This document shows, in pieces, positions 39,158-52,294 of a stretch of DNA of 64,000 nt. The notes beneath the pieces were generated by a model. That model had not been told where the DNA came from. It saw only the letters and a list, made by a program, of their open reading frames with translations, and ran no database searches. A program made the position numbers and the translations under genes. The first letter of the stretch is position 1, and every line of letters starts with the position of its first letter. Source of the DNA: Eledone cirrhosa. Lineage: Eukaryota. The stretch spans positions 10,726,001 to 10,790,000 of the forward strand of contig OZ024743.1 in assembly GCA_964016885.1 (NCBI GenBank), written 5' to 3'.

Positions 39158-39981
39158 ATTGAAAGTCTCTGGATTTTGCAAAATACATATTTTTTATTGG
39201 TGAAGGTAAGATATTTTTCCCCAAAAATTTGATTACACCGTTTTGTTTCCACCTATGTATTTTTCGAAAATGTTATTTATTCATTATAAAAATTAAATGA
39301 TAGCATTCTATAAGTAGGTCGGTCCCCTTCATCTCCTGGCAACCAATATTTTTAGACCCAGTCTGCCACTGTTCATGACTATATTAATAACTCTAGAAAT
39401 CCCTCCAAATTCTTCATGAATTAATTCAAATACAGTGTGTGTCATTAAAAATATTGTAATGAAATAGTTAATTCTGACCTTTTTTAAGAGACAGAAACCT
39501 TTTGTAACTATCTGAAATTCTTCCATCCTTTAATCATTCAATAAATAATACATTGTACAAAATTATAATTGATAACAAACAATACCAACCTATTGAAACC
39601 AATTTATGATGGATCATTTCAGCATGAGATGGTAATGTTGATTATCTTATCCATGTAGGTAATGAAGTATCTTTGGAATTTTTATATATATGTAGCAAAG
39701 CAAGGTAGCCTGGTAAAGCCATTTCTCTGAAACATTGGAAGGATTGTTTAGAATGGTTGTCACATATGCAAATATTGTTAGCTTTCAATAATTATATCTA
39801 AAATATACTACTAACATTAATGCAACTATGGTAGTTTGCACTAGAGGCTAATTGAATTAATTTGAACAAACAAGAATTAGTATGAAATAGTTTGCTATCA
39901 AGAATGATGAAATTGTGTAAAACCATAATTCAATTTAACTTTAAATTAAAGCCTTACTCAAAATATTCCTTAGATTACTCA

Positions 39982-40192
39982 TAGCATTTAAATCGGTCGT
40001 ATCTGGCCAGAATTCTCTCACCCCTTTCTGCTCAAGCTGGCTGCAACTGGTCACTCATACTGATGTTGAGGTATAGTTCTGAAAATAAATAATATCAAAA
40101 TTTCATAAATTCAATATTATGTGAGATAATTATGTGAGGTAAAGCTTTTACTGGGAAAATACAATAGTAAATATAGAGTAATGTAAATGCTA
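39982..40192 (+). mobile_element. MITE-like repeat, uninterrupted copy
   Basis: Terminal inverted TAGCATTTA/TAAATGCTA. Homologous to the Helitron-split copy at 26707-27708. Confidence 0.72.
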
Positions 40193-42749
40193 AAGTGCTG
40201 AGTAAGCCTCTGTCAGGCTTACAATTAATCTGCTATTTTTCGTGGTGAAGGATTCCTCCACATGATACCCTGTATATGTAAAAAAAAGTTTTATGTTGAT
40301 ATAGCCCACACCTCTGCTTTCTATAATATTGCATAGAATATTTCATGGATGTTTTAATTATAGGGATTCCAGTCTGATTGTGTCACCATTTTCCAGTGAT
40401 AGGAGGTAGGATTTGAACTCAGAATTCACAGATACTACAAGCCACCAGATTCAATGCTCTAACAATTCCATCTATCCACTACCTCAGCCTAGTACTTTAT
40501 TTATCAACTCTAAATGGTTAAACAACAAAGTTGACCTTGGTAAGCCTTGAAATCTTTATTCCAGATCAAATTCCACAAGTCTCTAACAACTCTGCCGATT
40601 TTTTGTAAGAAAGATTTAAACTGTAAGAATTAAGTCTCAGCTCAGTGATGAATATGAACTGTAAACATTTTAATTAGTAAACCAATCCCCAGTTGAGACA
40701 ATTAATTATGAGACTGGAAACAAGTAAACTGTTAAACCATGAGAGATTAAACCTTCAAGATGTCATTGAAAACTGGTATGTTAGTGGGCTTAATCAATCT
40801 CAGAATTACTACATCAGGCCAAACATTTAAAATTAATTGAAAATAAACCAAACAAAGAAACATCAACCTGAAGAAATAAAATTCCTTTATAACCCTTTAT
40901 TAAATCTCTGGCTGTGAAACCAATCTTCAATGCCAAATTACCCTAGAGTAGAAAGTTCTTAAAATAGTTCTTTGGAAATGAAAAAGAATATTTTAAAAAT
41001 GCAAAATAAAGATGTTGAATATATTATTGGTGTTATTACTAATATTTTACTATGACAGCTTATCTTCAATTTTCTTGTTGATTTGCTTTCTTCAGTGGGA
41101 AAATTAAACTAATAGTGTTTCAAAAAGATTTTTTTTACATTTATAAGAACACCAGGAAAATTTAATGAACTATTATCTATTATTTAGGAAATGAAAAATA
41201 TTCAGAAAGAAAAATTGGTGAAAAATAAAAGGTTATTCTCTTTTTTAAGAACCTTATTCTAAAAGTTAGCTGCAGCTCTCTAATAGGTCTGCTGAGAAGC
41301 AGAGAATTTTAATTTTTTTATCTATTTATTTATTCATTTATGTATATTTATTTATATATATATTTATTTTTTACTTTTTTTATTTATCTTGAGAAGTGAT
41401 TTGTTAGGGTAGGTTGTGTTGGACAGGAAATAAATTGAGAAAGATATAATGGGATATAAGTTTCAGTTACAATGAAGAAAGGTCAAAGTAGATGGAAAAG
41501 AAACTGGAAAAGAAAAAAAATATTTCATACAAGCTAAATGGAAAAAAAATATAACCATATATAAAAATATATAGATTTTTCTTTAAATATATTGTAAGCA
41601 TGCTGCTTGTTACAATAAGTCCTCAACACATCTTGATTTATATCACTATTGAAAATATGATATCACATTGATTTGGAATCTAAATTATTTTTCCCTAAAT
41701 ATAATAAAGCTACTTTGTTACAGCATAGATATTTTTCTTTACTTTCTGTCAATGGTAATAAGGGGGGAAATATAATTACCATACTCTAGGTTTTGACATT
41801 TGTCTACATTAATAGCAACTTTTTACTTCAAAACTGGCAAAGTTTTACATAAAAACGTTTTTACATTTAATGCTAATATTTTTAGGATCCATCAGTTCTA
41901 AATGAGTGTTTTCAAAATCTTCAATGAAAGAAAAACAATATAGATTCAATAAATTGTAAATATTTTTTTCATTTGTTAAAATGACTAGCATTCTTCAGAG
42001 AAGAAAATACTTAACTTTTTCAGAAATCAACCATAGAGTTATTCTATAAAATATTTTGAGTAAAGCTTTAATCTAAAGCAAAACTGAATTATGTTTTTCA
42101 TAAATCTTTATCTTTTTTATGTCAGTATCTTTCATATTAGCTTACTTAAAACTCTTATTTGCTCAAATTCATTAGATTCACTTTTAGTTCAAACTATCAC
42201 AATAGCTAAGTCAGTGTTAATGTCTTATATATAATGATCGTAATATAAGGATATCTATATATGTAACCAAAACTCTTAAACAATCTTTTGATGAATCTGA
42301 AATGATGGTAAAATCTTTAAAACTCCTATTTTGAGGTATTTTGATAACAGTAGTACTTTATTTACATTTTGAGCACTAATGTTACTGAAAAGCTGCAGTT
42401 CACAGTGGTCAACTGTTCTCTTTCTTTCTTTCTCATTCTTTAAAATTTGATTGACTTCTTTATTATTTCAACCCATCTAATTTATGTTGGCATTCACTGT
42501 GGTGATACTATTATTATAAGAATTATAATTTTAAAGAAAGGAAGAAAATATTGTTCACATACTTCAAACTTCAAATTAAACTATCCTTTCATTAAGAGTA
42601 GAAATATACTATATTAAGGTTTAATGGATACTTATGAAAAATATATATCTATCATGTATCTCCTAAATTTTTTTAATTATTTGAGTTGTCTTAATGCAAC
42701 TCTTTCTAAGATATTTTTAGCATTTCTTATGGCCCGTCCTGTAATATCT

Positions 42750-42928
42750 GCCCTTCTGTTAGAGGGCCGGACACCATGCTTTGCAGAATTGAGTTACAGC
42801 CCTTTACATTCTGAATTCAAATCCCACCGAGGTTAACTTTGCCTTTGATCTTTATAGGATTGATGAAATAAAGTACCAGTAATGCACTGGAATAATTGCG
42901 GGCCTTGTGCCAAAAGTAGAAACAATTA
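42750..42928 (+). mobile_element. tRNA-derived SINE
   Basis: GACACCATGCTTTGCAG...TTCAAATCCC...GCCTTTGATC..AAATAAAGTACCAGTAATGCACTGG...GTAGAAACAATTA. Confidence 0.85.
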
Positions 42929-44049
42929 TTTTAACACCACATAGAGTACATTTCAAATTTATCCCTGGGCAGATAATTAGTATTTAACACTAACCTTACT
43001 AATAAATGAAATAATATTCTTATGATGCTTATTACCAAAATTGATCATTGGTGATTAATACTAAATACTAAGATTGATGGCTTGCATCTTTTCTTTGAAT
43101 TTTGTGAAACAGATCTGTCTGCCATTATAGGCATTGTTGCCATCATTAATTGCTCTGTATGTATGTACAAAATGCTAGTAGTTTCTCAATGGATATATAT
43201 TTTTTTTTATATATCATTTAAACTTGTTGTGTATACAAACTAGGAGAAAAATCTGCCAGTGGAAGGTGTTTAACTTAATTTATTGTAATGTGAATTAAAT
43301 ACCTAATAAAAAAAATAACCATGCAGTAAGGACAAAGCACTCATATTAAACCTTAACTAACCTTTCTCACCTACACAATTTTATCCCTGCATAGTAATTC
43401 TAGCATGACTATTTTAGCAATTATGATGGAATCTATGCTTTTCTGAAGAAAACTAATAAAACCAAAACACGCTTGCCAAAAGGATTAAATTTTAGTCCTT
43501 GAGCTAATGTTACCTTGTCCTCGTTACATATATGTTTCTTATTAGGCATTTATTGCTCATTGTATTGAATACGCTAACACTAACTTCACTATTGTTTATT
43601 GTGCAGATGGTGTTTCTGAGTAATTAACCTCAGTGATTTGTTGTATATTTTTGTATCAGACTATAACCTAATGTTTAGCTTACAGATTCATAAATAGAGA
43701 CAAATGTTTTATATAATACTTCTATTTTTAATCTGGCATATGAAATACATTCTGAGAGGATTAAAATTTGTTTAGCAATCTACATAAACAATTCTAAGTA
43801 AGGAATATCTCTCAGAGTTTATTAGTCAATGAATTATTAACATAGGCACAAGGCCACAAATTTGACAAGAGGAAACAGACCACTAAATTAACCCTAGTTC
43901 TTGGCAGGTAATTTAATTATCATATTCAGAAGGATGAAAATACAAAGTTAACCATATCTGTATCTAAACTCAAAACATAGCTAAACTCTGCAAAGCATTT
44001 GTTTTGATGCTCTGCTGATTCTGCTATGCATTGCTCTAAAGTTGTGCAC

Positions 44050-44476
44050 TGCTCTAATGATATTTAACAATAAGATGGAGAGAAATGAAGCAAGCATGCT
44101 CCATTGGATGTGCAATGTCATTGTGTGTGAACGACCAAGCATAGATGGGTTGAAAGAGAAACTGTGTATAAGAGGGATAAGCTGTAGTGTGTGGGAGAGA
44201 AGACTGCATTGTTATGGACATGTGATGCGCAAGGAGGATGAGCGCTGGGTAAAGTGTCAAGAAATCCCAGTAGAAGGAAGACGCAGTAGAGGAAGACCAT
44301 GAAAAACATGGGCGGGGGTGGTGAGAGCTGATCTCAGATCGCTGAAGCTTACGAAGAAGATGACGAAGGACCATGACGAATGGGAAGATGCTGTGCTGAA
44401 TAGGACCCGTCCTAGCCTTGCAAGCAGGGAAAAGCGGACGTAAAATGATGATGAGGATGATGATGATGATGATGAT
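44050..44476 (+). mobile_element. RTE-clade (BovB-like) LINE 3' fragment with (GAT)n tail
   Basis: Peptide MERNEASMLHWMC...RRLHCYGHVMR...VEGRRSRGRP is typical of the RTE ORF C-terminus. It is followed by GGACGTAAAAT(GAT)n. Confidence 0.85.
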
Positions 44477-45048
44477 GGAATGATTGATATAAAGGGTAGA
44501 GTTAAGGATCTTTCTTTGCATTTAACATTGCTGAGATCATGTTGAGTTTGTGTTTTGAGCACATGTGAATTAGGGAGAAAACAAAGGATGATGAATTGAT
44601 TTCTAAGAGGTTCATTAACATCGACAAGAGTATCTAATTAGATTTTACTAAATGATGTTAATGTTAGTATGAATGAATGTCTTGTTGAAATTGTCATGTC
44701 TTTGTATAACTGGTTTCTTCTTTGAAGGAGGCACTCAATGAGAGGAAAGGACTAGTTCATGAAATATCTCAGGATGATAAGAAGCAATCAGAATAATGAA
44801 TAGAGAATAACAACAAAAGCCCATTTACCCACATAAAGTGGGAGTTTACCTTGTGGACAGCAGGATAGGCTTCATATTTATCATAAAATTGTTTGGAAGC
44901 AATGTTTTAATATGTCCTTCCTGGTGCAAACCTGTTAAATCACCTCGTATAACATGCAGCCATTCTAAACTGAGTATGCATAGAGTAGATAGAACAGGGT
45001 AGACATGGAAAGAAAGATATTAAAAACTGTGCTTTTATGGGTAAGCAA

Positions 45049-45136
45049 AACAGAGATAGCATGAATGATAACAGAGATAGCATGAATGATAACAGAGATA
45101 GCATGAATGATAACAGAGATAGCATGAATGATAACA
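45049..45136. repeat. 21-bp tandem repeat x4 (AACAGAGATAGCATGAATGAT)
   Basis: Exact tandem copies seen directly; explains the three repetitive ORFs at 44940-45291. Confidence 0.95.
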
Positions 45137-47774
45137 ATTTAGACAAACCCAGTCTGTGCAAGCCACGTAACCTAGATACCATCTTGTGTATGATACCTGA
45201 GTATTATAATTCTTATTTTCTTTTTGGGGGTTTACAAATAGGGCAAAATCTTTCAAACAAATGGGTGTGGGGATCAAAATTAGGACCTTAATGGTCTTGT
45301 ACGTATATCAGAAACCATTATATTACTTTATGTGAGATAATTCCTATAACTTTGATAACTTTGATATATTTTGGCCAGTATTATCCATACCATGTCTATC
45401 TTAATATATGGCATGATATAATTATACCTTATATACGTAATATAATTATATCTTTCTTTTATTGGTGAAATATTTAATATCAGTATAGTATTATTTACAG
45501 TCAGATATCTAATAGTCTTTGTCTTTATTTTTCCTTTCTGTTCATCATTGCACTAATACACAGAACATTACCAAGAACAAATATGAAACTGATTCACTAT
45601 GAAGTAGAGGCCACTTCATCTGACATTTGCCCCAGTCTCATTCATAAAAAACTGTTGTTGATTTACTGACAATACCAATTGTTTCTATCATAACTGGTTC
45701 AAAGGTATATGTATCTAGCTGAGATGCATACTTGTCCTGTTTGCCTTCCTTGGCCCTCATTGCAGCACTCAATGGAGGAATCATAGCCTCTCAGATATGG
45801 CTGCCAGTGAAAGTATTGGTGACAGTAGTATCTGCATCAAATTCTAATTGCTGTAGAAAAAATGATAACATGGTTATATTTTACTAATGATATCCTCCCA
45901 GAATAACCCACTATCCTACATCGAGCATTCTTTTACATCTGCCTATTATTTATGCATCAACCCATCCTCCACACAACATCCTCTAATTTTTTTTTTTTTT
46001 TTTTTTGGTGGTTTTATAAATTTTTTCTTCTAATTCTGTCTTTTCATAGATTATAATTATATGAATTTGATATTTCATGGGGAATGCCACCATGAAACCT
46101 AAAACTAGAATTATAATCTTTAAATATATATATTTTTCTATTTATAGTCAATTCAGTTTTAATATTCAATGCAAGTTTTGTTCTATCTCTATACCACATG
46201 CCAGGCATGATTGATTATCTTTGGGGATTTAGTCTACTTTTCCTGAATAGAAGTTACAAGTATTAAGAGGAGGAGTATTTCTACCAATTCTAGCTTAATA
46301 TATTCAAAGCTAGTTCACTGGATGAAGCAGAATATTCTGAATTTATTTACTTCAAATTGATATATAACAGCAATAATTCTAGAAGTTATAAGTTAAACTA
46401 ATCTTGTATTTAACATTATTGATGAGGAAAGAAGTTTGCTTACTTTCATTATTGCTACTGGTGCTGTTGTTGCTGTTGTTATGTATGCTACTCAGCTTTG
46501 TTTGAGAAATTTATGCCATAGAGCTAACCAACAGAACATCTAGAAACAAAACATTAATTCAGTGCACTTCATTGTATTTTGCTCCTATCCAAAATATGTA
46601 GTAGCAATAGCTGGAATTAACCTTGTTCAGATTAGTGTCCCCTTCCAAGTGCAAGTCTTGTACATTCAGTTGCTTGATACCACAGAAAACTGAAAGATGC
46701 TCCACCCACTAGTCAATGAGATGATGATGATGATGTTGATATCTGGACCAACACAACTGACCACCTGTGACCATAAGATTTACTTCTGGCTAAACAATAA
46801 AAATGATTACCAAATCATTAGAAGGAAATAAATGTAATTTGATGCTTTTTAAAAAATCATATTAAGATTTTTTTTTTATTATTTCAGCCTTTTGATACCA
46901 AACTGCCCGAATACACCCCTGGTTATATGGAACAAAACTGTTCGTTTTTAAGGAACATGTATTTACAAAAAGACCTTCTATAATCATTTTATGTAAATAC
47001 CATAGCTTAAATACCAGCTTAATAATGGAGAAGGTAATTATATAATTCCCTTTAATCTTTTGGTTATTTTCAAAAGGATTTGAAATTATAGGTAGTATCT
47101 TTCATTATAGATCTGGTAACAAAAAAGAACTAAGATTCAAGTTATGAGATGTTTCTATATTGTTCTGTGGATTTTTGCTAAGAACAAACACAAATAATCC
47201 TATACTGTTGAATACACCTGTACAGGAGAATTCTCTTGTCCTGTAGAATTCTCCTGCCCTGGAGAATAATGCTCTTGTTGAAAAGTTTATAATGTATTGA
47301 TCTTAGAATACTTATTTTAATATCTGTTGTTACCTTGTCGGTCTATATGCATACCAGTGTGTATATGTGCCTACATGTAAGCATTCACACACATATGTGT
47401 GTATATTTCTCTCTCTCTCAAACACCCTATCTATTCAATATATATACATATATATATAAGAGTTTTGTTTCTTCTTTATTTTTTTTATATGCAATCTCAT
47501 TCCATATTTAACAGAAGATAATATTGGTCCTGCCCTGCCAACCAGCGATATTAATGTCTCCAGCAAGTCACTCACTGGAGAAACTGAACAAGATACTTGA
47601 AACATATGTAATTGATTTTGCTAGATGTACATTAGAAATTTTCTGCAGATAAAAGAAAAAAGATATGAAACCTTTTGCATTTGAAAATGCTAAGGTAAAA
47701 GAAAAATAAGTTTTATAGAAGATTTAAAATAGAAAACCAAAATTATGAAATAGTGCAAACAAAATTAAAAAAGA

Positions 47775-47788
47775 TAATAATAATAATG

Positions 47789-47846
<58 letters not shown>
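47775..47846. repeat. (AAT)n microsatellite
   Basis: Run seen directly. Confidence 0.97.
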
Positions 47847-47847
<1 letters not shown>

Positions 47848-47948
47848 GAACTAAAAATATATTTGAGAGATTTATTTTTTAATCCTTATCAGAATTCTAT
47901 AGCTTATATTTTTAAATCATTGCAAGACATGAAAAGATGAAATAAGAT

Positions 47949-48001
<53 letters not shown>

Positions 48002-48544
48002 ATTATATATATATATTTGCATGTGTGTATATGTGGTATGTGTGTATATATATGTATGTATGCATATGTGAGTATTTGTCTCTGTGTGTGTGTACACTAA
48101 CACACACTGTATATTTAACAGGGAAGGATACGAGAAAGTGAGTGGTGAGTGGGGATGTCATTGTATCCCAAGGAAGCTAGGAAAGGAAAATTTATCCTCA
48201 AGAGACATATGAAAGGATTATTTACTCCAAAACCTGCATGTGCAGTGTGTACAGAATGGGCGACATATTGCATATTAAATAACAATAACAATAATAAGGT
48301 GAAGAGGTTATCATTCCTACTTATGGTGGTAGTGTGGCATTTGTAGTGCTGCAGTTGTTGCTGCTAGTGATGTTGCTACTGTTGTTGTTGGTGATGATAA
48401 TGATGATAATGATTTTGAATATTTTCATATTTGCTGGTGGTCTGAATCTCTGGAAAAGCACTAAAGCAATTGTAATCTGGAATCATAATCCCAATTTTCA
48501 AATGAAAGGTTGCTCTATTTAAAGAGGAATCTCCTTGTTAAGCC

Positions 48545-49085
48545 TCCCTGGGAAATTCTATAATAAGTATCTGGCAAATAGATATAGGGATATTATCGAG
48601 CCTAAGCTAGCTGACAAACAGTGTAGTTTTTGCCCAAATATTCGCTCTGCAACAGGTTTTCAAAAAAATTTTGGATTATTGCTTGTTTCATGGATCTTGA
48701 AATGCATTTGATATGGGCAATACAAAAATTGCTGGAGCTGGTATAGTAATATTCCAGATACAACACTTGGCCATGAGAAAAAGCAGGTCAATTCAGTGAT
48801 TGGACTTACTCTTACCTATCATCAGGAATCTTTGGCAATGACTGAAAATCTATAATTGCAAATACAAGCAGCTGAAATTCACAAGGGTATTTGGAGTAAT
48901 GTTATTCAATATAGTGCATAGCTTAGAAATCAGGGTGTCACTCTAGGTAGAGCAGCTACATCTTTGAGTTAAAAGATGACAACATGGCTACTATGGACAT
49001 ATGGTTAGAATATCTGAAGAAAGAATCACAAGACAGATTTTATGGGCAAAGCAGCCAGCAAGAGACCCAAAGGTAGACCATGAGT
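48545..49085 (+). mobile_element. Highly decayed RTE-type LINE fragments
   Basis: Remnants resembling RT (CTCCCTGGGAAA..., ATGGATCTTGAAATGCATTTGAT) and the C-terminal R..GH.VR....RI...I motif (TATGGACATATGGTTAGAATA). Many stops and indels. Confidence 0.5.
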
Positions 49086-49699
49086 AAAATGGTTTGATAT
49101 CATCCATAAGCTCAGTCTTTTTTGGAGATCCTTCTGGGTCATTTAGAGATGGTTTTTTCACATAAGACCCGCTGGAAAGCATTTTTGAAGACTCTACCTT
49201 AACGACACTATGAAGAAGAAGAAGGAGGATGAGAGCAAGTTCATAGGCTTTGAGATTAATGATGTTGATGTTCAGTTTAATTGTGCAGGGAGAGAATTCC
49301 AAAGAGATGATGGTCTGGGAAGAAAAAACCAGGTGGTATGTTTAGAGTTGAGTGACGTGGGGGCTAGTAGATTAGAAATGATATGGTTGATGAGAGGAGA
49401 AATGAGTGAGGTAAGAATGTTTGTGTGGGGGTGTCATAAGGTCTGCCATTTCCAAGCATAAACCATTGTAGCAATGAGAGAAAAGGCAGAACAATGGTAC
49501 TTCTGTTGCTGTTGTTTAATGTCCCTGACCAGTCCTGTTCAAGCAGACATAATCAAAAGCATTCCTGTTGAGACTATCCTGTCCATTTATGTATATGTAA
49601 GATTACATTATCTAATGTTCATTAAATTTCCAATGTGATTAGCCCTCTTTCAGCAGATCATATGAGATTGAAGTAATTCATCTGAGTTTCTATCTACAA

Positions 49700-49938
49700 A
49701 AAGCACCCAGCCCACACTGTAAAGTGGTCATGTAGGTGTCACAACAAATAGCACCCAGTACTCACTGTAAATGAGATTGGCATTAGGGAGGGCATCTAGC
49801 TGTAGAAACCAAGTCAGACTCAGTTCTGTATGAACAAGATATTGTCACCTGACCTGACATTACTCACATCAGGACAACTCGTCCAACCCATACTAGCGTG
49901 GAAAAATGGACGTTAAATGGTGATGATGATGATGATCA
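49700..49938 (+). mobile_element. SINE-like repeat with RTE-derived tail
   Basis: AGCACCCAG..CACTGTAAA..TTAGGGAGGGCATCTAGCTGTAGAAAC..CCAACCCATACTAGCGTGGAAAAATGGACGTTAAA then (GAT)n. Paralogue at 50670. Confidence 0.8.
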
Positions 49939-50669
49939 TAAATGGTCTATTATTTAGTCAATTTTGTCTATGATTTTCAAATAATTTTGAAAATAGTCAA
50001 GAGTGTGGAGGGATTTAGTAATATTTCAGACTTTTTAGTTATTAAGATGGTGTTTGGAATATAACTTAACAAATGTTCTGACATTAAATTGTGATGGAGG
50101 ATTTTTAGATAAATCTAATCAGTTTTACATCATAGAACCAGAACATTTGCAGGAGGTTTGCTATTAAAAGGGTTATAATATTTTATGTTCTGAATCATAC
50201 TTAAAAATATTGGGTCCACACACTACTTCAAAGGCAATTCTTAAATGATTCAATAAAAATACCATTTTTTTTCAAGGGGCTTTTCCCTTTGGTAAAATTT
50301 ATAGGTTGTATGAGACTTTGAAACACTCCTGTTTATGTGGCTAATTATAAATGAACTGCTTTGTACTATACATTAAACTGCAGTTACCCAAATATAATTT
50401 TACAAAATAAACATAAATAATGTATTTATTAATGGCATTTCATATTTATAGCAAGAGAGTTGTAAGCTGAAAAACTTTGTACAAATTGCATATTCATGCC
50501 TCATTGCCAGGAAAAAAGTCATTCAAATTCTGAAAATCATCATTTAAAAAAATGAAAGCCCCTCTCTTTTCAGTCACAGGAAGTCAAACGAGAAATAAAA
50601 AGAGTTTGTTTTTTTCCTCCCATATAGCTTGTACAGCTTTTAATCAAAGCACAAATTTTTGTTAGACAA

Positions 50670-50886
50670 CCCAGCCCACACTGTAAAGTGGTTGTGTAGG
50701 CGCCACAGAAACAAAGCACCCAGCACTCACTGTAAATGAAGTTGGTGTTAGGAAGGGCATTCAGATGTAGAGATCAAACCAAAATCAGTTCCTGTATGAG
50801 CAAGACAAGGTCACCCGACCTAACATCACCCACAACAGGACAACCCACCTAACCCATGCTAGCGTGGAAGAATGGATGTAAAACAG

Positions 50887-50926
<40 letters not shown>
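50670..50926 (+). mobile_element. SINE-like repeat with RTE-derived (GAT)n tail
   Basis: Collinear with the 49700 copy. Confidence 0.8.
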
Positions 50927-50927
<1 letters not shown>

Positions 50928-52294
50928 TGGTACTTAAAAATAACCGCACTTGTTGAGTGGAGATTTTGCTGTTAATGTTAATGGCTCATATTTTATGCTC
51001 TAATATCTCCTCCTATGAGCAAAAACTGTTTTAGACTCATATCCCATCCATGAAAAGCAGTGAATTGACATATAATCGGTAGAGAGTTGAATAGAATACC
51101 TTGCAGTATTTGTTCCAGCTTTCTGGGGTTGTACTATCTAACAAGATAATTAAACACTGTCCTAGAGTATTTTACATGATGAAGAATGAGAAAAAAATAC
51201 AGAACAGAACACAAACATGAATGATAAAGTAAACATGACAAATGAAGCAAAACTTATGTGAAATTATATGGTGAAAACAAGATACATAAATAATTAAATA
51301 TTCAATATTTAATTCAAGCAATGTATGACAAAACACCCATGAAGACAAAACGAGTGCAGTAGGTGACACACAGAGAGGAAATGGTGTGCTAGTAGCAGCT
51401 ACATTTGAAAAGTGGGGTAGCACCAAGATGAAACAACAAAACAACAGAGTCAAGAGAAGGTATTTTGCAGTATATATATATTTATATAGGATCAGGAGTC
51501 CTTTGTGTGTTTTGTGAGACCATGGATGTGCTCCTAGAATGTTTTTCTCAAAGGCCTAGGACCTAGGCAAGATTGTTTGTGCATACAAGTCCCTTCTCTC
51601 CATGCCACTGAGAATGCCAAAGGAAAAGGTAAGGTAATGGATGATCAGAGATGTTGCAAGTGAAATCAGAATATATAGGCCTGTGGTAAAATTCACTTTG
51701 CTTTATATTGTTTCACTTAAAGTCACACTTCTCAAGAATATATTTACAACTTTAAGTGAAGATTGCTTAACAACTAGAAGTGCTTTTTTCCCTATCTACA
51801 TTTTTTCTCATTTTCTTTTTTTTTGTCTTTCTTTTGTCTATCTTCCTATTTCTTCTTCTCTCTCCTAAAAATCCTCTCTTCTCTCTCTTTCTCATTTTAT
51901 TTTACAATGAAGAACTAATGTCCACAAAACATTAATATGCTTTGTCAATTATATCAAGCTTGAAACTAATATATCATCATTGTTTTATATGTATATATAT
52001 ATATTTCGTTTCTGAATTCTGGAAAAACATATGCCCAAGAGGAAGGAGCAGCCATTGGTGTTAGCATTGCAGGCGACATAGCTAACTTATTCGTGGTATG
52101 GTGGGACAGTAGACTTAAACTTAAACTTAAAGAACAATTAGAAGACTCCTTAACCCTGATAATGTACTCCCGCTACCTAGATGATATAAACATCGTAGTT
52201 AAGACACCCCCACTAGAGAACAGTCAGGAACTAGAGAAAAACACAATGGAAAGCATCCAGCAAATAGCAAGCTCCATCCACCAGAGCATAAAGA

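Larger units (their letters stand above)
37715..39371. mobile_element. Non-autonomous hAT-superfamily DNA transposon (1657 bp)
   Basis: TIRs CAGTGGCAGATTGG (37715) and CCAGTCTGCCACTG (ends 39371). Perfect 8-bp TSD TTCATGAC at 37707-37714 and 39372-39379. Subterminal GGGCCC motifs at 37755-37832. Confidence 0.9.

Noticed and set aside
47515-47642. Short exon candidates on either strand
   Set aside because: Plausible acceptors exist on both strands but give only 22-28 unrecognisable codons, which is expected by chance.
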